The notes: generated by a model not told the origin, from the letters alone. A DNA stretch of 35,017 bases from a virus (IMGVR_UViG_3300010005_000003:1-35017), one strand, 5' to 3'. Counted from the stretch's first letter, positions 8,307-16,076 are shown. A program made the numbers and translations.

Positions 8307-8503
8307 TGGATGACCCGACGCGCCCCTGGGGCTTCTTCATGATCCTCCTGACGGTGGCCCTCGCGGCTGCCCTCTGGTTCCACGACACGGCCAAGACGCC
8401 GGAAGCCCCGCGTCCCCTCCCGGTGACATCCTACTGCTCCGACGAGGACGGCCACTTCTACCGCTGCGATGACCCCTGGGTCACCCGGGTCTACACCATC
8501 TAG
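8306..8503 (+). CDS. Small membrane-anchored protein
   Basis: TGATG coupling, N-terminal transmembrane helix, two Cys in the C-terminal part. Confidence 0.75.
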   Translation: MDDPTRPWGFFMILLTVALAAALWFHDTAKTPEAPRPLPVTSYCSDEDGHFYRCDDPWVTRVYTI

Positions 8504-8531
8504 CAGCGCTTCTACACCTGGGTTTAACCCA

Positions 8532-10523
8532 TTGAAAACTCTACTATTTGACATCGAGACCAATGGGTTGCTCGACACGATGACCCGTGTGCACTCGCTT
8601 GTCATCAAGGACATCGACACCGGGGAAGTCCTCTCGTTCACCGACGAGACCTACCCCGGCAAGTTCTACAAGCCCGTCGCTGACGGCGTCCGCATGCTGA
8701 TGGAAGCTGAATGCATCATCGGCCACAACGTCATCAAGTTCGACCTTCCGGCGCTCCAGAAGCTCTACCCCTGGTTCCAGTTCGACCGCAAGCGCGTGTT
8801 CGATACCCTGGTTGCCGCCCGGGTGATCTGGCCGCAGGTCGTCGATCTGGACATGATGAAGATCAGGGCAGGGAAGACCACCCTGACGCCCAAGCTCGCT
8901 GGCAGCCACTCCCTGGAGGCGTGGGGTCACCGCGTGGGCAACTGGAAGGGCGACTTCTCGGCGGTCAAGAAGGCCGAGGGTGAAGCGCTCGGTGTCTCCA
9001 AGGAAGAGATCGACAACTGGATTTGGGCCGAGTGGTCCAAAGATATGCAGGATTACTGCGAGCAAGACGTGGAGGTCACGCACCTCCTATTCAATCGGAT
9101 TGTCTCGAAGAACTATTCCACCCAGTGCCTGACGCTGGAGCATGAAGTTGCGTTCATCATGGCCGAGGTGGAGCGTAACGGCTTCAACTTCGACATGAAA
9201 GCCGCCGAGGACCTGTATCGGCAACTCGCTGGCATCCGTGAGGAGATGGCCCAGGAACTGCGGGACATCTACCCGCCCTGGGAGGTCAAGAACGGCCCAC
9301 CCTTCGTCCCCAAGAGGGACAACGCGAGGCTCGGCTACAAGGCCGGTGTCCCCGTCCAGAAATGGAAAACCCTCGTCTTCAACCCGAACTCCCGGGACCA
9401 CATCGCGGATCGTCTGATGACGGTCAACGGGTGGAAACCCACGGAGTTCACCGCCACGGGGAAACCCAAGGTGGACGAAGACGTGCTCTCAGCGCTGCCC
9501 TATCCCCAGGCGCAGCGTATCGCAGAATACATGACCATCCAGAAGCGGCTTGGTCAGATTGCCGAAGGTGACAATGGCTGGATTGGAAGTGTTCAACGAG
9601 ACGGTCGAATACATGGTTCGATCAACCCGAATGGAGCGGTCACAGGTCGTGCAACGCATAGCCGACCAAATGTCGCACAGGTTCCGAAAGTTGGGACCGT
9701 ATATGGCGCCGAATGCCGAGCCCTCTTTTGTGCGACTTCCGGGAAGACCCTCCTTCTTGGTTGTGACGTCTCAGGCCTTGAACTCCGAATGCTCGGTCAT
9801 TTCATGGCTGAATTTGACGGAGGCGCTTACGCCGACGAAGTCGTTAACGGTGACGTCCACACCCGCAACCAGCTAGCCGCCGGGCTGCCCACCCGAGACA
9901 ACGCCAAGACCTTCATCTACGCCTTCCTCTACGGGGCTGGCGACGAGAAGATCGGCAGCATCATCGGCAAGGGCAAGAAGGAAGGCGCGGCGGTCAAGAA
10001 GAAGTTCTTCGCTGAGGTCCCCGCGCTGAAGGACCTGATCGACAAGATCCAACTGATCGTCGGCAGCTACCGGCGCATCAAGGGTGAACCCACGGGACCG
10101 CAGAAGGACCGCTGGCGCTACTACAAGAAGGTCAAGGACCGCTGGTGGCGCAAGGGTGACAAGGTGAGCCCCCTCACGGGTCTCGACGGTCGCCTCCTGC
10201 ACATCCGCTCGGAACACTCTGCGCTGAACACCTTGCTCCAGTCCGCTGGCGCCATCGTGTGCAAGCAGTGGATCGTCGAGTTCGACCGCCTTCTGACCGA
10301 GGCTGGTATCCGGCATCTCGTCCGTATCGTCGCCTGGGTCCATGACGAACTCCAAATGGAGGTCGATCTGTCTCTAATCGTCTTCGATAGCGAAGGCAAA
10401 GCAACATCCATCGTCGGTGACATCTGCATCGCAGCCATCGTCGAGGCCGGTCACAAGCTCGGGATCACCGTGCCGCTGTCTGGCGAATACAAAATCGGAA
10501 ACAACTGGAAGGAAACGCACTGA
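8532..10523 (+). CDS. gp5: Family A DNA polymerase with 3'-5' exonuclease (T7 gp5-like); likely TTG start at 8532
   Basis: FDIETNG, GHNVIKFD, YCEQDV, DVSGLELR, RDNAKTFIYAFLYGAG, VHDE. Confidence 0.98.
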   Translation: MKTLLFDIETNGLLDTMTRVHSLVIKDIDTGEVLSFTDETYPGKFYKPVADGVRMLMEAECIIGHNVIKFDLPALQKLYPWFQFDRKRVFDTLVAARVIWPQVVDLDMMKIRAGKTTLTPKLAGSHSLEAWGHRVGNWKGDFSAVKKAEGEALGVSKEEIDNWIWAEWSKDMQDYCEQDVEVTHLLFNRIVSKNYSTQCLTLEHEVAFIMAEVERNGFNFDMKAAEDLYRQLAGIREEMAQELRDIYPPWEVKNGPPFVPKRDNARLGYKAGVPVQKWKTLVFNPNSRDHIADRLMTVNGWKPTEFTATGKPKVDEDVLSALPYPQAQRIAEYMTIQKRLGQIAEGDNGWIGSVQRDGRIHGSINPNGAVTGRATHSRPNVAQVPKVGTVYGAECRALFCATSGKTLLLGCDVSGLELRMLGHFMAEFDGGAYADEVVNGDVHTRNQLAAGLPTRDNAKTFIYAFLYGAGDEKIGSIIGKGKKEGAAVKKKFFAEVPALKDLIDKIQLIVGSYRRIKGEPTGPQKDRWRYYKKVKDRWWRKGDKVSPLTGLDGRLLHIRSEHSALNTLLQSAGAIVCKQWIVEFDRLLTEAGIRHLVRIVAWVHDELQMEVDLSLIVFDSEGKATSIVGDICIAAIVEAGHKLGITVPLSGEYKIGNNWKETH

Positions 10524-10726
10524 TGTTCGGGTGGCTCCACAAGAACAGCTACGAGCGGATCATAGAACTCAAGGAGAGACGCATCGAGCACCTTGAGATG
10601 ATCCTGGAGAACAACACGCGAATGTGGAACCGACACCGGGACCAGATCGAGCGTGACTTCAGCATTTACTACAACGCGAACATGGACCTCTGGGTTGATC
10701 ACAGGAGAACTAAGAATGAAGGCTGA
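10523..10726 (+). CDS. Hypothetical protein
   Basis: AAGGA RBS and TGATG coupling. Confidence 0.75.
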   Translation: MFGWLHKNSYERIIELKERRIEHLEMILENNTRMWNRHRDQIERDFSIYYNANMDLWVDHRRTKNEG

Positions 10727-10961
10727 ACCAGTCGAACTCGAATACGGTTTCATCGGGATCTCCCGAGGCGACAAGACCATCAACGCCATCATCTGGGGAG
10801 GAGGGGACGACTTCTACTTCCTTCCCGTCGATGAAGCGACCGCGACCAAGCTCGAAGCCTGGGATGCCGGTGACCGCTACTTCCGTGACCTCTTTGACAT
10901 CATGCCGCCGATGACCTCCCGCGAGGACTACCGGCTGCTCTTTGAAGGAACAGTCTATTGA
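10716..10961 (+). CDS. Hypothetical protein
   Basis: AGGAG RBS before the ATG at 10716 (MKAEPVELEYG...). Confidence 0.8.
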   Translation: MKAEPVELEYGFIGISRGDKTINAIIWGGGDDFYFLPVDEATATKLEAWDAGDRYFRDLFDIMPPMTSREDYRLLFEGTVY

Positions 10962-11179
10962 TCAAAGCAATCGACCTGCTCGGCAGGGAACTCAGCGTGG
11001 GTGACCACGTCGTCTGGGCGGCTGGTGGCCGTCACGGCTGGGGCATTCGCCACGGCTTCATCAAGTCAATCTCCGAGAGCTATGGCCGCGCCGAGGTGAA
11101 GACCTCCATCGCCCCTGGCTCGACCGGCGCCGGGAAGACAACCTGGGCCGAGAACGTCTGCAAGGTGGTGCTTCCTTGA
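10958..11179 (+). CDS. Hypothetical SH3-like small protein
   Basis: AAGGA RBS and TTGA overlap. DLLGRELSVGDHVV pattern. Confidence 0.8.
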   Translation: MIKAIDLLGRELSVGDHVVWAAGGRHGWGIRHGFIKSISESYGRAEVKTSIAPGSTGAGKTTWAENVCKVVLP

Positions 11180-11487
11180 TCCCATGGTCCCTCATCGTTC
11201 CCCGCTTGGGCTACTTCAAGGCCCTCAAGATCTACCAGCGGTGCCCCGAGATCCGGCACCTCATGAACAAGCGCATCGGCGTCGGCCTCTACGACCTCCT
11301 GAGGATACTCCCGTGGGTGATCGTCCTGATTATCCCGGCGCTTATCATCTGGCTTGGCGAATGGCTGGAGCGGAAGCTCCGCTGGGTCGGCCCGGGGTTC
11401 TCCTGGGAGCACCGGCAGCGGATCATCCTCTACGAAATCCATGAAATCCTGAAGCCCTGGGAAATCCGGGAGAGGATCAAGAAATGA
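11176..11487 (+). CDS. Hypothetical membrane protein
   Basis: TTGA overlap and one hydrophobic helix (ILPWVIVLIIPALIIWL). Confidence 0.75.
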   Translation: MIPWSLIVPRLGYFKALKIYQRCPEIRHLMNKRIGVGLYDLLRILPWVIVLIIPALIIWLGEWLERKLRWVGPGFSWEHRQRIILYEIHEILKPWEIRERIKK

Positions 11488-11609
11488 CCCCCGAAGATGC
11501 ACTCCTCCTGTCGCTGGCTCTCGTCGGCGGCTACGCACTCGGCTCGATCATCGCGCTGGTCCTGTTCAGGTACGTGCTCTGGCCGCTCCTGGACCGGATG
11601 TTTCCATGA
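11484..11609 (+). CDS. 41-aa membrane protein (not in the ORF track)
   Basis: GAGGA RBS and ATGA overlaps at both ends. MTPEDALLLSLALVGGYALGSIIALVLFRYVLWPLLDRMFP. Confidence 0.7.
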   Translation: MTPEDALLLSLALVGGYALGSIIALVLFRYVLWPLLDRMFP

Positions 11610-11908
11610 ACCCATTCAAGAAATACTGGGGCCACGAGAACCCCTTCGAGGCCCTCTGCCGCATGTGGGTGATCGCCTCGCTGCTGTACTACAAGCACGA
11701 CATGAGCCCCTGGCCAGACAGCCGATACGACAACGCCTGTGAGACCCTGAAGATGAGCTACCGGAAGCTACCCAAGTGGTTCCGGGAGCGTGTCTCGCTG
11801 GGCGACCTACGGGCCGGGACGGGATTTACCCTGTCCGCTACTGCCGAGGAAGAGGAGGTCTGCAAAGGCTTCCTCGACGGCACCTATGAACCCCGAACGT
11901 GTTTCTGA
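11606..11908 (+). CDS. Stand-alone NAD-dependent DNA ligase domain Ia-like protein
   Basis: LYYKHDMSPWPDSRYD resembles the LigA YY..D.P..SD.EYD motif. No KxDG adenylation motif. Confidence 0.7.
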   Translation: MNPFKKYWGHENPFEALCRMWVIASLLYYKHDMSPWPDSRYDNACETLKMSYRKLPKWFRERVSLGDLRAGTGFTLSATAEEEEVCKGFLDGTYEPRTCF

Positions 11909-12627
11909 TGAAACTGCTTATTGATGGCGACATGCTCGTCCATCGTTCGACTGTCGCGGTCGAGAAAGACGTCCGTTTCGACGACGAATTTCACATCCTG
12001 TTCTCCGATGAGAAGTCTGCATGGACCGTCCTCGAAGACACCCTCTACGACCTCAAGGAGATCGCCTGTACGTCCGACATCGTGATGGCGTTCAGTGATC
12101 CCAAGAGGAACTTCCGCAAGGACATCGTGGGCGACGACTACAAGTCGAACCGCGTCGGTGTCCGGAAGCCCCTCTGCTACTGGGACATCCGCAAGCGCTG
12201 CGAGGCCGAGTTCGAAAGCTCGTCCATCCCGACGCTGGAGGCCGACGATGTGATGGGCATCCTGATGACCCAGCATCCCGGCGAGTTCATCCTCTGGTCG
12301 CTCGACAAGGACCTCAAGCAGATCCCCGGGCAGCACATCAGGGACGACGAGGTCCTGGAGATCACCGAGGAGGAGGGCGACCGCTTCTTCCTGTATCAGT
12401 GCCTCGCTGGCGACAAGACCGATGGCTACTCAGGCGTTCCCGGGTGTGGCGACGTCAAGGCCCGGAAGCTGCTCGACAAGGAGTGCTCCTGGGACACCGT
12501 CCTGGCAGCCTACGAGAAGGCCGGTCTGACCATCCACGACGCGCTCTACAACGCCCAAATGGCCCGTATCCTTCGCGTTACGGACTACGACTTCGACAAG
12601 CGGAGGCCGATCCTATGGACCCCGTAA
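11908..12627 (+). CDS. gp6: 5'-3' exonuclease (T7 gp6-like)
   Basis: LLIDGD, YKSNR, LEADDVMG, DKDLKQIPG, GDKTDGYSGVPGCG, ARILR. Confidence 0.96.
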   Translation: MKLLIDGDMLVHRSTVAVEKDVRFDDEFHILFSDEKSAWTVLEDTLYDLKEIACTSDIVMAFSDPKRNFRKDIVGDDYKSNRVGVRKPLCYWDIRKRCEAEFESSSIPTLEADDVMGILMTQHPGEFILWSLDKDLKQIPGQHIRDDEVLEITEEEGDRFFLYQCLAGDKTDGYSGVPGCGDVKARKLLDKECSWDTVLAAYEKAGLTIHDALYNAQMARILRVTDYDFDKRRPILWTP

Positions 12628-12851
12628 ACGACAAGTCGGCAATGGACGTCCAGATCGGCGGCGGTCACTACAAGGACATGGCCATCCAGCCCCTTGAGTA
12701 CATCATGAGGAACGCCATCCCATTCCCCGAGGGCAACGTCATCAAGTACGTGTCCCGCTGGCGGAAGAAGAATGGCCTGGAGGACCTGAAGAAGGCCCGA
12801 CACATGCTCGACACCATCATCGAGATGGTCGAAAGCGGCGCCTACAAGTGA
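12615..12851 (+). CDS. DUF3310 / T7 gp1.7-like nucleotide kinase domain protein
   Basis: GGAGG RBS. QIGGGHY, GNVIKYVSRW..KNGLEDLKKA. Confidence 0.9.
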   Translation: MDPVNDKSAMDVQIGGGHYKDMAIQPLEYIMRNAIPFPEGNVIKYVSRWRKKNGLEDLKKARHMLDTIIEMVESGAYK

Positions 12852-12857
12852 GCGGAG

Positions 12858-12881
12858 AGGGGTCCTTAGGGGCCCCTTTTT
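12858..12881 (+). terminator. Intrinsic terminator ending the replication module
   Basis: AGGGGTCC-TTAG-GGGCCCCT followed by a T run. Confidence 0.85.
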
Positions 12882-12904
12882 GCGTTTACCTTCGCTTCCG
12901 AAGT

Positions 12905-12923
12905 GAAAGGTGCCCATACTGCA
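12905..12923 (+). promoter_or_regulatory. Putative phage RNAP late promoter GAAAGGTGCCCATACTGCA
   Basis: Exact 19-bp repeat with 34899-34917. Lies at the head of the virion module, directly after a terminator. Confidence 0.8.
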
Positions 12924-12947
12924 CATACGATTTTCGAAAGGTTCCAA

Positions 12948-13226
12948 ATGATCCTCTCAGACACACAACCCGACTATGAGGAAGAGTTTCCGAGAGTTGG
13001 CAAAGACCTCATCGAGTTTCTCGAAAGACGCTTCCCCATCACCGGGTTCAAGAACGTCCAGAGCTACGAGGACATGAGGTGCTACCAGGGTGCCCACGAG
13101 GTGATCGACCTCATCCGGGACCTGCATCTACGACAGATTGGAGAGCGCGATGTGCTTCTCAGCGGATACCCCGGAGGCACCTCCACCGGCGCCCCCACCG
13201 GAGACCCAGACACAGGCAGCGCCTGA
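12948..13226 (+). CDS. Hypothetical protein (T7 gp6.5 position)
   Basis: AAGG RBS. P.V..DLIEFLERRFP...G..EVI pattern; first late gene. Confidence 0.75.
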   Translation: MILSDTQPDYEEEFPRVGKDLIEFLERRFPITGFKNVQSYEDMRCYQGAHEVIDLIRDLHLRQIGERDVLLSGYPGGTSTGAPTGDPDTGSA

Positions 13227-13338
13227 GCGTCCCAAGGAAAACCAGGACAACCCGAATGCTCTAACACTGGGCACTCGCAAGTATCAGACGAAACCGAAGA
13301 AGACCAAGGTTCCGTCCCAAGTTTCCCTGAGGATGTGA
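13150..13338 (+). CDS. T7 gp6.7-like small virion protein
   Basis: GGAG RBS. MCFS start as in T7 gp6.7, Pro-rich, synteny. Confidence 0.75.
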   Translation: MCFSADTPEAPPPAPPPETQTQAAPERPKENQDNPNALTLGTRKYQTKPKKTKVPSQVSLRM

Positions 13339-13342
13339 CGCC

Positions 13343-13936
13343 ATGTGCATGAACAGCGGGTCCGATCAGGGCTCAGGTGGGACCACAACCGTGACCACCA
13401 CAGACAAGAATTTCGACAAGGGCGGCGGTAAGGGAGGCAACAACGCCTCGGCCAAGCCAGCCCCCGTCCAGGCCAATCAGAAGACCGTAGCCTCGACCCC
13501 TGGAAGTTCCCAGATCGGCGGCTACACCAGCGACAGAGGAAACCACGACCCGTTCGACGGCGGTGGTGACCGGCGCGGCAGCGACCCCTACGTCATCGAC
13601 CGAACCCCCGACAAAGACAAGGGCGGCAAGGGTGGTGGTAAAGGCGGTGGCGGCAAGGGCGGCGGTGGCGGTGGCAAAGATCCCACAAAGCCTGACAAGG
13701 GTGGCGGCGGTGGCGGTGGTGGAAAGACCATCGAGAAGAAGTTCACCAGCATCTCCAATGTCTTCGACAACCGTCGTGCCACGTACAACATCCGAGGCAA
13801 GGGCGGCGGGGCATCTGGTGCTGACACCTTCGCATCAGGCTCAACGAACCTGACGGGCGAAAGCCCCCGCAAGAACAACCTCACGCTCTCCTCCAGACTG
13901 AAGGGCGCATCCCTGAGACCCTCCATAGTCTCCTAG
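13343..13936 (+). CDS. Gly/Lys-rich low-complexity protein (gp7.3 position)
   Basis: GAGGA RBS, MC start, GGKGGG repeats, immediately before the portal. Confidence 0.8.
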   Translation: MCMNSGSDQGSGGTTTVTTTDKNFDKGGGKGGNNASAKPAPVQANQKTVASTPGSSQIGGYTSDRGNHDPFDGGGDRRGSDPYVIDRTPDKDKGGKGGGKGGGGKGGGGGGKDPTKPDKGGGGGGGGKTIEKKFTSISNVFDNRRATYNIRGKGGGASGADTFASGSTNLTGESPRKNNLTLSSRLKGASLRPSIVS

Positions 13937-13956
13937 TGTTTTCCGAATGATCCCCA

Positions 13957-15582
13957 TTGAGCAAACCCCTCGAACCCATTGAGGTTCAGGAGGACGTTGC
14001 TGCGCTGTACTCGCGACTTGAGACAGACCGCCAGCCCTTCCTGGATCGCGCTCGGGAGAACGCCCAGTTGACGATCCCGGCGCTTATGCCGCCCGAGGGT
14101 CACTCTGGGTCTTCCAAGCTTTACGTCCCCTGGCAGTCTATCGGCTCCCATGGGGTCAACACCCTATCGACCAAGCTGGTCAATACGGTCATCCCTCCGA
14201 ACACCCCGATGTTCCGCTATTCGGTCCCCGACAAGGTCGTCGAGGAACTGGACAACATCAATGCCCGGTCGGGCGTCGAGAAGAAGCTCAACGAGATCGA
14301 GCGAGCCGTCCAGGACGAGATCGAGGGCATGGGCATCCGTGGCGCTGTCACCGAAGCCCTGCGTCACCTCATCGTGGCCGGAAACGTCCTCCTGGTGTTG
14401 CCCAAGACGGGTAACCTGAAGATGTTCAAGCTCGACCGCTATGTGGTCCAGCGCGACTACGCAGGGAACATCCTGAGGGTCATCGTCAAGGAGACCGTGG
14501 ACAAATCGGTCCTCCCGAAGGACGTCCTCGACCTGATCTATGTAGAAGGCGAGCTTCCGTCCGACGACGTCGCCAAGCAGGAGAAGTCGGTAGACCTCTA
14601 CACCGTTTACGTCCGCAAGGGCGACCGCATCGAGAGCTTCCAGTCCATCAAGGGCAAGCGGCTTCCGAAGTCGGCTGGCTCCTGGCGCGTCGATAAGGCG
14701 CCAATCATGGTGCTCCGCTGGACCTACGTGTCCGACGAAGACTATGGCCGAGCCTACGTGGACGAATACATCGGTGACCTCAAGGGTGCCGAGGCCCTAT
14801 CCAAGGCCCTCCGTGAAGGAGCCGCCGCAGCCTCGAAGATCAACCCACTGGTCAACCCTGCCGGTCTCACCCGTGCCTCCGACATTGCCAAGGCGAAGAA
14901 CCTCCAGGTGATCTCAGGTCGCAAGGAAGACGTCACCATGCTCCAGTTTGAGAAGCAAGCCGACATGGCTTTCGTCTCGAATGTCCTGGACGGCATCGTG
15001 CGTCGTCTCCAGCAGGCCTTCATGATGAACGCTTCGGCGCAGCGTGACGGCGAGCGTGTGACCGCAGAGGAAATCCGCAGCATCATCGCGGACATCGACA
15101 CCGTCCTTGGCGGCATCTATTCGCTCCTCGCGCAAGACCTCCAGCTACCCCTGGTGCGCCGCGTGATGGACCGCATGGTCAGCGAGAAGAAGATCCCCGA
15201 CATCGAAAAGCTGAAGGGTCAGGACGGCAAGCCCGTTGCGACCCCGAAGATTATCACAGGTGTCGAGGCTATCGGTCGCGGCCAGGACTACAATCGCTAC
15301 ACCACCTTCATGAAGGACATAGTGGCACCCCTAGGGGACGCCGCGTTTGCCGAATTGAACGTGAGCGATCTCCTGCGCCGAGCAGCCGTGTCTCTCAGCA
15401 TCGATATCGACGGTCTCCTCAAGTCCGACGAGGACAAGGCAGCCCAGCAGCAGCAAGCCCAGGCAGAAATGCAGGGGGCTCAACAGCAGCAGCTTATGGC
15501 TGACATCTTGAAGGGCGCGACCCCCGCAATCGCCAAAGCTGGCGCGGAGGGCGTAGCCGCACAACTCCAAGGACAACAGTGA
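13957..15582 (+). CDS. gp8: Portal / head-tail connector (T7 gp8-like)
   Basis: LTIPAL, PWQSIG, YVVQRD..GN, EDYGR, RDGERVTAEEIR, LGGIYSLL, TGVEAIGRGQD. Confidence 0.97.
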   Translation: MSKPLEPIEVQEDVAALYSRLETDRQPFLDRARENAQLTIPALMPPEGHSGSSKLYVPWQSIGSHGVNTLSTKLVNTVIPPNTPMFRYSVPDKVVEELDNINARSGVEKKLNEIERAVQDEIEGMGIRGAVTEALRHLIVAGNVLLVLPKTGNLKMFKLDRYVVQRDYAGNILRVIVKETVDKSVLPKDVLDLIYVEGELPSDDVAKQEKSVDLYTVYVRKGDRIESFQSIKGKRLPKSAGSWRVDKAPIMVLRWTYVSDEDYGRAYVDEYIGDLKGAEALSKALREGAAAASKINPLVNPAGLTRASDIAKAKNLQVISGRKEDVTMLQFEKQADMAFVSNVLDGIVRRLQQAFMMNASAQRDGERVTAEEIRSIIADIDTVLGGIYSLLAQDLQLPLVRRVMDRMVSEKKIPDIEKLKGQDGKPVATPKIITGVEAIGRGQDYNRYTTFMKDIVAPLGDAAFAELNVSDLLRRAAVSLSIDIDGLLKSDEDKAAQQQQAQAEMQGAQQQQLMADILKGATPAIAKAGAEGVAAQLQGQQ

Positions 15583-16076
15583 TGGCCCTAGAAGGCATCA
15601 AGAAGTGGATGAAGGAGCACGACCCGAACAAGCCGGTAAAGCCGGAAGCGCTCGGTAAGGGCACCCGAAAGGTCACTCGCCCCAAGACCAAAAAGACCAC
15701 CAAGGCAAAGGCCCCGGCCAAGACCTCCAAGAAGACCACATCGAACAAGCTGGTCCCCAAGGGCAAGGTCCCGATTCCGGCGCAGAAGCGTGACGGAAAG
15801 ACCGCAGCGGTGGCCGCAAAGCCATCCGACCGCGATGTCGCATCCCGCACCACCGACAAGGTGAAGCCCAAGACCGAGACCAAGCGCCCGTCGCTCGGCA
15901 TCGTCCCCAAGGGCAAGCAGTACAAGTCGGCTGGTCTCGTGAAGTCCCTCGGCATCCTTCCGAAGAAGGAGAGCCAGACGGCCAAGGCGAAGGCCCCGAA
16001 GTACGAAGCCGCCATGAAGAAGAAGAAGCCGAAGGAAAAGAAGGCCGGTTTTCTGAACCAGCTATTCGGCGGCTGA
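15582..16076 (+). CDS. Lysine-rich basic protein with C-terminal amphipathic helix
   Basis: AAGGA RBS, K/T/P/A-rich, ends KKAGFLNQLFGG. Confidence 0.85.
   Translation: MALEGIKKWMKEHDPNKPVKPEALGKGTRKVTRPKTKKTTKAKAPAKTSKKTTSNKLVPKGKVPIPAQKRDGKTAAVAAKPSDRDVASRTTDKVKPKTETKRPSLGIVPKGKQYKSAGLVKSLGILPKKESQTAKAKAPKYEAAMKKKKPKEKKAGFLNQLFGG

Noticed and set aside
8469-8531. N-terminal extension of DNA polymerase
   Set aside because: It overlaps the upstream gene and is S/P/T shadow sequence. The exonuclease motif begins just after the TTG at 8532.
8532-10523. Intron or intein in the polymerase, helicase or terminase
   Set aside because: The ORFs are continuous and normal-sized, with no splicing motifs.
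11497-11742. 81-aa ORF MHSSCRW...
   Set aside because: It is an off-frame overlap of the coupled 11484-11609 and 11606-11908 genes.
13615-13722. GGT/GGC tandem repeats as a repeat array or CRISPR
   Set aside because: They encode poly-Gly tracts, and there is no repeat-spacer structure anywhere in the window.
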